A stretch of DNA of 64,000 nt from Caulobacteraceae bacterium. GTDB taxonomy: Bacteria > Pseudomonadota > Alphaproteobacteria > Caulobacterales > Caulobacteraceae. Shown here in pieces: positions 1 through 8,703 of the stretch (the stretch's first letter is position 1; each line of letters opens with the position of its first letter). Below the pieces are notes generated by a model that saw nothing but the letters and a program-made list of their open reading frames with translations, was not told the origin of the DNA and made no database searches. The stretch covers positions 450,316 through 514,315 of the forward strand of contig CBDICR010000005.1 of the NCBI GenBank assembly GCA_965277425.1, written 5' to 3'. The position numbers were made by a program, and so were the translations under genes.

Positions 1-621
1 GCCGGGCGGTTCGTCCTGTCGTCGGACTTCGTCATCCGCGATTGCGGCCAGCCCGACGCCTACGCGCCGGACGCCGAGCAGATCGCCGTGCACAACCTGC
101 CGGACGAGGCGCTCGTCTTCCTGCTGGGCAGCCGCTATTGCGAGACCGACCGCCTGAGCAACCTGGCCTGGTCGCTGTTCGGCGGCACGCCGCTCGGCTG
201 GCCCCGCGTGCAGGCCATCTGCGACCATGTGCACAACCACATCCGGTTCGACTACCAGCAGGCCCGCCCCACCCGCAGCGCCTATGAAGCCTACGAGGAG
301 GCCGTCGGCGTCTGCCGCGACTATGCCCACCTGGCCGTGGCCTTCTGCCGCTGTATGAACATCCCGGCCCGCTACTGCACCGGCTATATGGGCGACATCG
401 GCGTGCCGAACGCCGGGGTGATGGATTTCAGCGCCTGGTTCGAGGTCTATCTCGGCGGCCGCTGGCACACGTTCGACGCCCGCAACAACACCCCGCGCAT
501 CGGCCGCGTGCTGATCGCCCGCGGCCGCGACGCCACCGATGTGCCGATCGCCAACACCTTCGGCACGGCCTATCTGGCCGGTTTCGAAGTGACCTCCGAC
601 GAGATCCCGGCCACGGCCTAG
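1..621 (+). CDS. transglutaminase-like cysteine protease family protein (5' end outside window)
   Basis: The reading frame is open from base 1, with no stop before the annotated M at 88. It carries a Cys-His-Asp transglutaminase-core-like segment (GVCRDYAHLAVAFCRCMNIPARYCTGY...DFSAWFEVYLGGRWHTFDA). Confidence 0.6.
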   Translation, partial: AGRFVLSSDFVIRDCGQPDAYAPDAEQIAVHNLPDEALVFLLGSRYCETDRLSNLAWSLFGGTPLGWPRVQAICDHVHNHIRFDYQQARPTRSAYEAYEEAVGVCRDYAHLAVAFCRCMNIPARYCTGYMGDIGVPNAGVMDFSAWFEVYLGGRWHTFDARNNTPRIGRVLIARGRDATDVPIANTFGTAYLAGFEVTSDEIPATA

Positions 622-627
622 AGGGAT

Positions 628-1521
628 CTAGCCGCCCGCCGTGGGCCCGGCGGCGCGCTGCGCCATCATCTGTTCGATCTGCTCGGCGCCGAAGCCCATC
701 AACTGCAGGATCGGCGAGACCGTTTCGGGGTCCCAGGCATGGCGGTCGCCGGTGGTGATGCCGCCGTCGACGACCAGATGGGTTCCGGTGACGAAGGCCG
801 AGGCCTCCGAGGCCAGGTAGAGGCAGGCCCGCGCGATGTCTTCCGGCAGGCCGGCCTTGGCGATGGGCTGAAACCTGGCCGCCGTCTGCGCCACCCGCGC
901 GGCCATCTGGTCGGCGACCGGACGCGGCAGACCGATGGAGGCGCCGAAGATCGAGGTGGCGATCAGGCCCGGGCAGATGGCGTTGACGCGGATCCTGTCG
1001 CGGGCGAGCTGGGCGGCGGCGACACGGCTCAGATGGATGACCGCGCCCTTGGCGGTCGAATAGGCCACCGGGCCCCAGCCTGCCTCCAGCCCCGCGATCG
1101 AGGCGGTGTTGATGATGGAGCCGCCGCCGCGCGCCTGCATCAGCGGCGCGGCGTGCTTCATGCCCAGCATGACCGAGCGGAGCAGCAGGTTCATCGTCCC
1201 GTCCCAGGCCTCGACCGTCATCTCGGCGATGCCGGCGCCCGTCCCGCCGGCGCCCGCGTTGTTGAACAGCACATCGAGCCCGCCGAAGGCTTCGCCGGCC
1301 GCCGCCGTCGCCCCGGCGATATCGGCCTCCTGGGTCACGTCGCAGCGGGCGTAGCGCACCCGATCCGGGAAGCGCTGCTCGAGCATCGCGCCCTTGTCGT
1401 CCTGCAGGTCGGCGACCAGAACGCTCGCGCCTTCGGCGACGAACAGCTCGACGGCGCCCAGGCCGATGCCCGAGCAGCCGCCGGTGATCAGGGCGACCTT
1501 GTCCTGCAGCTGGCCGGCCAT
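628..1521 (-). CDS. short-chain dehydrogenase/reductase (SDR) family oxidoreductase
   Basis: N-terminal Rossmann motif ALITGGCSGIG, an NNAG motif and the catalytic YSTAKGA (YxxxK) motif typical of classical SDRs. Confidence 0.8.
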   Translation of the reverse strand: MAGQLQDKVALITGGCSGIGLGAVELFVAEGASVLVADLQDDKGAMLEQRFPDRVRYARCDVTQEADIAGATAAAGEAFGGLDVLFNNAGAGGTGAGIAEMTVEAWDGTMNLLLRSVMLGMKHAAPLMQARGGGSIINTASIAGLEAGWGPVAYSTAKGAVIHLSRVAAAQLARDRIRVNAICPGLIATSIFGASIGLPRPVADQMAARVAQTAARFQPIAKAGLPEDIARACLYLASEASAFVTGTHLVVDGGITTGDRHAWDPETVSPILQLMGFGAEQIEQMMAQRAAGPTAGG

Positions 1522-1523
1522 GA

Positions 1524-2522
1524 TCAGTCCATGGTCACCACCACCTTGCCCATGGCCTTGCGGCTGGCGAGGTGGGAGATGGCCTCGCCGGCGCGGGCGA
1601 GCGGAAAGCGTTCGGACACATAGGGTTTGATCTTGCCCCTGGCATAGAGGTCGAACAGATCCTTGACGTTGCGCTGGTGGCCGGCCGGGTCTCGGCTCAC
1701 CGCCGTGCCCCAGAAGACGCCGACGATGTCGCAGCCTTTGAGCAGGGGCAGGTTCAGCGGAATGCGCGGAATGCCGGCCGGGAAACCGACCACCAGAAAA
1801 CGGCCCTCCCAGGCCATGGAGCGCAGCGAGGCCTCGGCATAGTCGCCCCCGACACCGTCATAGACCACGTCGGCGCCGGCGGGCCCAAGCGCGTCCTTGA
1901 ACAGGTTGGACAGGGCGCGCTGGCCCTCCTTGTCGAAGGGGCCTTGCGGGTAGACCACGCCGTCGTCGGCGCCGTGTTCCTTGGCCAGCGCCACCTTCTC
2001 GTCGGACGAGGCGGCCGCGATCACCCGCGCGCCCATGGCCTTGCCCAGCTCAACGGCGGCGAGCCCGACGCCGCCGGCCGCGCCGAGCACCAGCAAGGTC
2101 TCGCCGGCCTTCAGATGGCCGCGGTCCTTCAGCGCGTGATAGGAGGTGCCGTAGGTCATGATAAAGGCCGCGGCCACGTCGAACGGCATGGCCTCGGGGA
2201 TCTGCACCAGGCGCGAGGCCTCCAGGGCCAGCTCCTGCGCCATGCCGCCCCAGCCGGTGTTGCCGAGCACCCGGTCGCCGACCTTCACATTGGTGACCGC
2301 ATCGCCGATCGCCTTGACCACGCCGGAGACTTCGCCGCCCGGGGCGAAGGGGCGCGCGGGCTTGAACTGATAATTGTCCTCGATGATCAGCACATCGGGA
2401 TAGTTGACCCCGCAGGCCTTGACCTGGATCACCGCCTGATTGGCGCGCGGGGTCGGACTGGGCATGTCCTCCAGCACCAGCGTCTCGGGTCCGCCAACGG
2501 CCTTGCTCAACAGCGCCTTCAT
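1524..2522 (-). CDS. NADPH:quinone oxidoreductase / zinc-type alcohol dehydrogenase-like (MDR) protein
   Basis: Protein starts MKALLSKAVGGPETLVLEDMP. It has a GroES-like N-terminal domain and a GAAGGVG cofactor motif. The start was taken at the internal Met because the upstream 22 codons look noncoding. Confidence 0.75.
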   Translation of the reverse strand: MKALLSKAVGGPETLVLEDMPSPTPRANQAVIQVKACGVNYPDVLIIEDNYQFKPARPFAPGGEVSGVVKAIGDAVTNVKVGDRVLGNTGWGGMAQELALEASRLVQIPEAMPFDVAAAFIMTYGTSYHALKDRGHLKAGETLLVLGAAGGVGLAAVELGKAMGARVIAAASSDEKVALAKEHGADDGVVYPQGPFDKEGQRALSNLFKDALGPAGADVVYDGVGGDYAEASLRSMAWEGRFLVVGFPAGIPRIPLNLPLLKGCDIVGVFWGTAVSRDPAGHQRNVKDLFDLYARGKIKPYVSERFPLARAGEAISHLASRKAMGKVVVTMD

Positions 2523-2630
2523 CGGCGTCGCTCCCTTTTCAAAACGCTTGTTCGAAAAGACGCTAGCGCATGGCGAGGCGCGGAGCAAAGGCGCGATGGG
2601 GTCTGAAGGTCGCCGCCCAGGGCAGGGCGC

Positions 2631-3317
2631 TTAACGGCCGCGCTTATCGCGGCTCAGCGGCACCGGAAAGCCGAAGGCGCGCTGGGCGAGGCCGAAGACG
2701 CCCTTGAACCTGGGCGCGCCGCGATAGGTCAGCAGCACAAAGCAGATCTCGCCCGGTTCGGCTCGCGGGTTATGGATGAAGCCCGGATGCGCCACGGAGA
2801 CATCGCCCGGACCATAGGCGGCGTAGCCGTCATGATAGGCCCCGGTCAGCACCAGGGTCAGCTCCTCGTCCTCGTGGTCGTGGTCGGGGACGCCGTGACC
2901 GGGCTCGATGCGCAAGAGCTCGGCCCGCTCGCCCTGGTCGCAGAAGAGGGCGAGCCTTTGAATGCCGAGGCCGGCGAAGGTCCAGCGATGAGGCCCGGCC
3001 ATGGCTTCCAGCGCCGCCTCGCGCACCGGCGAGGGCAGAGCCGCGATCTCGGCCGTCGGCCCATCGCGCTCCGCCGCGGCCTGCGCGCGCCGATCGAGCG
3101 TCTCCGCCGCGTCGATGCGGTCCAGCACGCGGTCGAGCGCATCGGCGGCCAAGGGCGCGGGGTCTTCCTCGGCGAGGAAGACGGCGGCGGCGAGATCGTC
3201 GGCGCGCTCGACGAAACGGGCATCGGCGCGCATGGCGAAGGTGGTCCGGGCCAGCAGGTCGAGCGCGCGGTTGCCGCGGCCGGCGTCAAATACCGCGCCC
3301 AAGGTTTCGGCGTTCAT
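2631..3317 (-). CDS. chrR: anti-sigma factor ChrR (cupin-domain anti-sigma-E)
   Basis: The gene lies immediately downstream of, and overlaps by 4 bp with, an ECF sigma factor. It has a ChrR-like N-terminus and a C-terminal cupin region (HPGFIHNPRAEPGEICFV). Confidence 0.65.
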   Translation of the reverse strand: MNAETLGAVFDAGRGNRALDLLARTTFAMRADARFVERADDLAAAVFLAEEDPAPLAADALDRVLDRIDAAETLDRRAQAAAERDGPTAEIAALPSPVREAALEAMAGPHRWTFAGLGIQRLALFCDQGERAELLRIEPGHGVPDHDHEDEELTLVLTGAYHDGYAAYGPGDVSVAHPGFIHNPRAEPGEICFVLLTYRGAPRFKGVFGLAQRAFGFPVPLSRDKRGR

Positions 3318-3901
3318 ATGAGCGCCTCCGCGCCTTCGGCCGTATCGGCCAGGGTCAGCTTGAGTTTGGCGAAAGCCAGCCGCAGCCGCGACTTGACCGT
3401 GCCCAGAGGCACGCCCGTGCTGGCGGCGATTTCGCTGTGGGAAAGGTCTTCATAAAAGGCGCGGCGCACCAGATCGCGCTGTTCGGGCGGCAGATCATCC
3501 ATGGCGCGGCGCACCTGCGCCTCGCGCTCGGCGACTTCGGCGGCGCCGTCGGGGCGCGCCTGGGCGGGCGGTTCGAACGCCGGGTCGTTGGCGTCGAGCG
3601 TGGCGCGCTTGTCGCGGCGAAAGACGTCGATGCGGCGGTTGCGGGCGATACGAAATATCCAGGTCGAGACGGAGGCCTGACGGGCGTCGAAACTGCCCGC
3701 CTTGCGCCAGACCGCGACCATCACCTCCTGGGTCACCTCCTCGGCCTGGGCGCCGTCGAGTCCCAGCCGCGTCAGATAGGTCTTCACCCTCGGCGCGTAA
3801 TAGGCGAATACGCGCGTGAAGGCGGCGCGGTCCTGCCGCGCGGCGACGGCCTCGACCAGCGCGGCGAAATCTTCGGACTCGGTTGGGATCGGACTGGTCA
3901 T
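3314..3901 (-). CDS. rpoE: ECF sigma-70 family RNA polymerase sigma factor (RpoE/SigE-like)
   Basis: Sigma-70 region 2 (VMVAVWRKAGSFD...STWIFRIARNRRIDVFR) and region 4 HTH (LPPEQRDLVRRAFYEDLSHSEIAASTGVPLGTVKSRL). The ATG is at 3899-3901, preceded on that strand by a GGAG-like RBS. The long N-terminal extension in the six-frame ORF is rejected. Confidence 0.8.
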   Translation of the reverse strand: MTSPIPTESEDFAALVEAVAARQDRAAFTRVFAYYAPRVKTYLTRLGLDGAQAEEVTQEVMVAVWRKAGSFDARQASVSTWIFRIARNRRIDVFRRDKRATLDANDPAFEPPAQARPDGAAEVAEREAQVRRAMDDLPPEQRDLVRRAFYEDLSHSEIAASTGVPLGTVKSRLRLAFAKLKLTLADTAEGAEALI

Positions 3902-3989
3902 ACGGCCGGCGGCCTGGCCCTGAAGGACACGCGCCCTACGCGCGTTCGCTTCGCCATCCTGGCATGCCGTTGGGGGCGACGAAAAGGCC

Positions 3990-5231
3990 TTGAACGACCA
4001 TCCGCCCGCCGGGCCCGATTTGGGCGCCAACTGGCGATCTGTTATGAGCACGGCCGCATTCATCAAAGGATCATACGACTTGGGTGTCCGACTGGATCTC
4101 TCGGGCGAAGGCCCTGGCGCGGTCCGCAGCCGCCTGTCCGGCCTGACGCGCGGCGGCCTCGCTGAGGCGCTGGTGCGCGCGGATATCGCGCCGCCGGACA
4201 AGGCGCGCATGCGCGCGGGCCAGATCTGGCGCTGGATCCACAACAACGGCGCGACCGATTTCGAGGCCATGACCAATATCGACAAGGCCACCCGCGCCCG
4301 CCTGGCCGGGACCTTCGATCTGGCCAGGCCAGAGATCGCCGCGCGCCAGGTCAGCGCTGACGGCACGCGCAAATGGCTGATCGCCTTCGCCCCGGGCGTC
4401 GAGGCCGAGTGCGTCTACATCCCGGACGTCGGGCGCGCCGGCGCCCTGTGCGTCTCCAGCCAGGTGGGCTGCACGCTGAACTGCCGCTTTTGCCACACGG
4501 GCACCCAGGCCCTGGTGCGCAACCTGACCGCGGCCGAGATCGTCGCCCAGGTGCAGATCGCCCGCGACGATCTCGGCGAATGGCCATCGGACCGCGCCGA
4601 CCGGCGGCTGTCCAACATCGTCTTCATGGGCATGGGCGAGCCCTTGTATAATCTGGACAATGTCGCCGAGGCCATCGACATCGTTTCCGACAACGAGGGT
4701 TTGGGGATTTCGCGCCGGCGCATCACGGTCTCGACGGCCGGCGTGGTGCCGGAAATCGAGGCGCTGGGGACGCGGACCCAGGCCATGCTGGCCATTTCGC
4801 TGCACGCCACCAACGACACCCTACGCAATGAGCTTGTGCCGCTGAACAAGCGCTATCCGCTCGATCAGCTGATGGCCGCGATCCGCGCCTATCCGGGCCT
4901 GTCCAACGCCCGGCGAGTCACCTTCGAGTACGTGATGCTGAAGGGCGTCAACGACAGCGCGGCCGAGGCGCGCGCCCTGGTGCGGCTGCTGGCCGGCATT
5001 CCGGCCAAGATCAACCTCATCCCGTTCAATCCATGGCCGGGAACGGCCTATGAATGCTCCGACTGGGGGACGATCGAGACCTTCGCGGCCATATTGAACC
5101 GGGCCGGCTACGCCTCGCCGATCCGCACGCCGCGCGGCCGCGACATCCTGGCCGCCTGCGGCCAGCTGCGCACCGAAAGTCTGAAGATCCGCGCCAGCGA
5201 CCGGCGCAAGGCCGCGATCGAGGTCGCCTGA
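3990..5231 (+). CDS. rlmN: 23S rRNA (adenine2503-C2)/tRNA m2A methyltransferase RlmN (radical SAM)
   Basis: Radical-SAM motif [18 protein letters not shown] plus RlmN-specific N- and C-terminal regions ([14 protein letters not shown] ... ACGQL). The start may instead be the internal Met at 4044. Confidence 0.85.
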   Translation: MNDHPPAGPDLGANWRSVMSTAAFIKGSYDLGVRLDLSGEGPGAVRSRLSGLTRGGLAEALVRADIAPPDKARMRAGQIWRWIHNNGATDFEAMTNIDKATRARLAGTFDLARPEIAARQVSADGTRKWLIAFAPGVEAECVYIPDVGRAGALCVSSQVGCTLNCRFCHTGTQALVRNLTAAEIVAQVQIARDDLGEWPSDRADRRLSNIVFMGMGEPLYNLDNVAEAIDIVSDNEGLGISRRRITVSTAGVVPEIEALGTRTQAMLAISLHATNDTLRNELVPLNKRYPLDQLMAAIRAYPGLSNARRVTFEYVMLKGVNDSAAEARALVRLLAGIPAKINLIPFNPWPGTAYECSDWGTIETFAAILNRAGYASPIRTPRGRDILAACGQLRTESLKIRASDRRKAAIEVA

Positions 5232-5243
5232 AGCTGGCGAGCC

Positions 5244-6236
5244 TCAGTCCGCCAGCTTGACCAGCATCTTGCCGTTGTTGGCGCCCTGCATCAGCCCGAC
5301 CATGGCGGCGGGCGCGTTCTCGATGCCGTCGTAGACGGTCTCCTGGTATTTGATGCGGCCATCCTTCAGCCAGCCGGCCATGTCGGATTTGAACTGGTCG
5401 TAGAGGTGCATGAAATCCGTCGCGACGAAGCCGCGCAGGTTGATACGGCCATAGATAATGTTGGACAGGTTGCGCACCGCCGTGCGCGATCCGGCCTCGT
5501 TATAGCCCGAGATCATCCCGCAGACGGCGACGCGGCCGAGGCTGTTCATGCCGGCGAGGGCCGCATCCAGGTGCTCGCCGCCGACATTGTCGAAATAGAC
5601 GTCGATGCCCTTGGGCGTGACGGCTTTCAGCGCCTGGCGGATGGGGCTGGTCTTGTAGTTGATGGCCGCGTCCAGCCCGGCCTCCTCGGTCAGCCAGCGC
5701 ACCTTGTCGTCCGAACCGGTCGAACCCACCACGTAGCAGCCGTGGATCTTGGCGATCTGCGCCGCCATCGAGCCGACCGCGCCGGCGGCGGTGGAGACGA
5801 AGACCTGTTCGCCGTCCTTCAGCTGGCCGATGTGCAAAAGGCCGCCATAGGCGGTGAAGCCGGTCCCGCCCAACGGCCCCATATGTACGCTGAGCGGCAG
5901 GCCGGGCTCGGGCTTGAGCACTTGCAGGCCACGCCCCTCGGAGATGAAGACCTCGCGGAATCCGAAGCGGTTGGTGACCAGATCGCCCTCTTTGAAGGCC
6001 GGATTTCGCGACTTTTCCACCCGGCCGAGCGCGCCGCCGGCCATGGCCTCGTTGAGGTCCTGGCCGACGCTCATGCGCGGTCGCATGGCCGGGTCGACGG
6101 ACATGTAGAGATTGCGCACCAGGACCGCGCCGTCCGCCGGATCGGCGACCTCGGTGGCGACCATGGTAAAGTCGTCGAGGGTCGGCAGGCCCTCGGGGCG
6201 TTTGACGAGATGGATTTCGCGGCTTGGCGTTGACAT
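5244..6236 (-). CDS. NADP-dependent oxidoreductase, MDR superfamily (YncB/CurA-like enone reductase)
   Basis: Protein starts MSTPSREIHLVKRPEGLPTLDDF and contains AAGAVGSMAAQIAK. This is typical of prostaglandin-reductase-like bacterial enone reductases. The ATG is at 6234-6236. Confidence 0.75.
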   Translation of the reverse strand: MSTPSREIHLVKRPEGLPTLDDFTMVATEVADPADGAVLVRNLYMSVDPAMRPRMSVGQDLNEAMAGGALGRVEKSRNPAFKEGDLVTNRFGFREVFISEGRGLQVLKPEPGLPLSVHMGPLGGTGFTAYGGLLHIGQLKDGEQVFVSTAAGAVGSMAAQIAKIHGCYVVGSTGSDDKVRWLTEEAGLDAAINYKTSPIRQALKAVTPKGIDVYFDNVGGEHLDAALAGMNSLGRVAVCGMISGYNEAGSRTAVRNLSNIIYGRINLRGFVATDFMHLYDQFKSDMAGWLKDGRIKYQETVYDGIENAPAAMVGLMQGANNGKMLVKLAD

Positions 6237-6378
6237 GGCGCTCTCCTGGGTCGGGCGTCCTTCTTGGCCGCCGCATTTGCGGAAAACCTTAGGCCATCGC
6301 TGCCGCCCGGACCAAGCTGGAATGCCCCTGTTGCGCCCGCGGCCTTGCCTCACACGGGCTCGATGCTATGGGCGGGGC

Positions 6379-7200
6379 ATGTCCACGCTCTTCATCAACC
6401 TGACCGCGACCCATAATCCGCATCGTTGGTATCTGCCGCTCGACGACAGCCTGTGCGTCGGGCCGGCCTCGCGCGGCTTCATGTTCGGCGGGGTCGGCAT
6501 GGCCGCCGCCATCCAGGCGATGGAGCGCACCTGCGAGCGGCCGGTGATCTGGGCCACGGCCCAGTACCTGTCCTTCGCCCGGCCGAGCTCGGTGGTCGAT
6601 CTCGATGTCCAGGTCCCGGCCCACGGCCACAACACAAGCCAGGCCCGAGTGATCGGCCATGTCGGCGACAAGGAGATCTTTACGGTCAACGCCGCCCTGG
6701 GCACACGGCCCAGCGACATCTCCCACCAGTGGGTGCAGGCGCCCGAGGCGCCCGCGCCGCAGGACTGCCCACCGGCCGAACACTGGCGCGGCGACGACGG
6801 CGGCCTGCACAGCCGCATCGAGCTGCGCAACGTCCACGGCCGCTATGGCGACCAGCGCAAGGGCGGCGGGATCAGCGACGACGGCCGGCTGATGCTGTGG
6901 ATGCGGCCGCGCGGCGACCATCCCATCGACGCCAGCATGCTGGCCATCTTTGCCGATCATATTCCGTCGGGCATCGGCGCGGCCCTGGGCCAGGACGCCG
7001 GCGGCAATAGCCTGGACAACACCATCCGCATCGTGCGGCTGGAGCCCACCGACTGGGTGCTGTGCGACATCAACATCCACGCGGTGCACGGCGGCTTCGG
7101 CCATGGCGCCATGCGGCTGTTCACCCGCGACGGCCTCTTGCTCGCCACCGCCAGCCAGTCGACCATTGTGCGGATGCACGACGACAGCCGGCGGGAGTGA
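6379..7200 (+). CDS. acyl-CoA thioesterase (TesB-like double hot-dog)
   Basis: 273 aa starting MSTLFINL, with two thioesterase-II-like halves. Assignment is by family resemblance only. Confidence 0.6.
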   Translation: MSTLFINLTATHNPHRWYLPLDDSLCVGPASRGFMFGGVGMAAAIQAMERTCERPVIWATAQYLSFARPSSVVDLDVQVPAHGHNTSQARVIGHVGDKEIFTVNAALGTRPSDISHQWVQAPEAPAPQDCPPAEHWRGDDGGLHSRIELRNVHGRYGDQRKGGGISDDGRLMLWMRPRGDHPIDASMLAIFADHIPSGIGAALGQDAGGNSLDNTIRIVRLEPTDWVLCDINIHAVHGGFGHGAMRLFTRDGLLLATASQSTIVRMHDDSRRE

Positions 7201-7221
7201 TCCGCCCATCGCCGTGCCCTT

Positions 7222-7635
7222 GTGTTTGATAGCACTCAGTGCTACATTTCGGGCATGGGCGATGCCGAGGAAGCCGTGCGGGCCTTCAAGACCGCGTGGT
7301 TCGCCAAAGCGGCGCGCAAGGCGCTCATCAACGACGAGGAGCTTTGCAAGGCCATCGCGGAAGTGAGACTCGGTCAGGCCGACGATTTGGGCGGAGGCGT
7401 GTTCAAGAAGCGCCTGGATAAGAACAGGCGCCGGAGCATCATTCTGGCAAAGGGGCGGCGTTACTGGGTCTACGCCTACCTCTTTGCGAAGAAGGACCGG
7501 GCTAACATCGACGAGGACGAACTGAGGGCGTTTCGCAAACTGACCGATCTCTACTCCGGGAAGACGGATGTCGATATCGAGAAGGAACTGAAAGCCAAGG
7601 AATTGGTGGAGATTTGCAATGACCGCGACGCGTAA
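7222..7635 (+). CDS. type II toxin-antitoxin system RelE/ParE-superfamily (HigB-like) toxin
   Basis: A small basic protein with the conserved block KKRL...RSIILAKGRRYWVYAYLFAKKDRANIDEDELRAFRKL, characteristic of RelE-like toxins paired with XRE antitoxins. Local GC is about 58% against about 68% for the flank. The start may instead be the Met at 7255. Confidence 0.6.
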   Translation: MFDSTQCYISGMGDAEEAVRAFKTAWFAKAARKALINDEELCKAIAEVRLGQADDLGGGVFKKRLDKNRRRSIILAKGRRYWVYAYLFAKKDRANIDEDELRAFRKLTDLYSGKTDVDIEKELKAKELVEICNDRDA

Positions 7636-7942
7636 GTTCAAGAGCGCCGCCTTCGAGGCGGTCCATAGCGCCGCCGCCGGCATGTATCGCGCCGGCACGA
7701 TCGACAAGGCGACCATGCGCGACTTCGATGAAACCTGCTTGGCTGTCACGCCGCCCATTGCCCCTGCGGAGATCAAACAGCTCCGCGAAACCAACAATGT
7801 CAGTCAGCCCGTGTTCGCCCGCTATCTCAACACCAGCGAAAGCACGGTAGAGAAGTGGGAAACTGGAGCCAAGAAGCCAAGCGGCGCCGCGCTAAAGTTG
7901 CTCAGCATCGTCCAGAAGCACGGGCTTAAAATTCTGTCCTAA
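7619..7942 (+). CDS. XRE-family HTH antitoxin/transcriptional regulator (partner of the upstream toxin)
   Basis: The C-terminal HTH (NNVSQPVFARYLNTSESTVEKWETGAKKPSGAALKLL) is typical of HigA/NadS-like antitoxins. The gene overlaps the toxin gene by 17 bp. Confidence 0.65.
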   Translation: MTATRKFKSAAFEAVHSAAAGMYRAGTIDKATMRDFDETCLAVTPPIAPAEIKQLRETNNVSQPVFARYLNTSESTVEKWETGAKKPSGAALKLLSIVQKHGLKILS

Positions 7943-8012
7943 CCGATATGACGGTCGCTGAGCGGGTCTCGCCGCTCGATAAAGGACATTGTCACATATA
8001 CGAGGGGTAGGC

Positions 8013-8539
8013 GTGGGGCGCTATCTGGAAGTCCGGACGATCGGCGATGTGGAGCAGCACCTCGCGGCGATCCGCGCCTCGGCCGCGCGGGCGCAAAGCT
8101 GGATCGCCGCCCAAAACGGCGACCCGCTCGATCTTCTGCGTCGGATGAAATTTGAGCCGGTCGGATTCCACCGATCGAGGACCGGCCCCTCAACGTCATC
8201 GAGCAGATCAACCAGACCTGGACCTACGCCGTCGCGCTCTCCGCCGCGCGCGTCCTGCTGGGGCTGCACCCGGAAGCCGGGGGCTTTAAGGTCGCGCCGG
8301 GCGCGCACATGGCGCTGCCGCTCGACATTATGAGTGAGGAACCCGGCCTGGTCGGCGCCGAAACCTTCGCCGCCGTCCACCCGCGCAATAACGGCAAGCT
8401 CGCGGCGGATCTCACTAAGCTGGCGGATCGGCGGGAGACGCACCGCTACGTCTTCTTCATGTCCCCCCGCCATCCCGGCGCCCAGCGCCAACCAGCGCTG
8501 GAGCGCGACGGCGTCCAGGTCTGGTCGGTCGATGTCTGA
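8013..8539 (+). pseudogene. hypothetical protein gene interrupted by a frameshift (two consecutive ORFs in different frames)
   Basis: A GTG at 8013 is preceded by a GAGGGG RBS. The frame-1 product (GRYLEVRTIGDVEQ...MKFEPVGFH) runs into a stop-free frame-2 continuation (PIEDRPLNVIEQINQTWTYAVALSAARVLL...VQVWSVDV) with the switch near 8155-8170. No domain was recognised. Confidence 0.4.
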
Positions 8540-8703
8540 CCTGTTGACCGTAGTTGCCGCCGCCCGCGCGATACGGCGCCTGCTCTGGCCGCTGTCGCCG
8601 GCGAGCGGGCGCAAGCCGCTTCCCGTAATTCTTCGCCGCTAACACTCGCAAACACCAACATGAGGCTAGCTCCGCGCCGCCGTCGATTTCCTGGCCCGAG
8701 CCA

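Noticed and set aside
739-2606. Long plus-strand ORFs (739-1623, 1572-2606) antisense to the SDR and quinone-oxidoreductase genes
   Set aside because: No recognisable motifs and biased Arg/Gly/Asp composition. They are fully overlapped by genes with clear catalytic signatures.
5500-6276. 258-aa minus-strand ORF in an alternative frame of the enone-reductase gene
   Set aside because: Arg/Gly/Pro-rich. The in-frame product of 5244-6236 carries the MDR cofactor motif.
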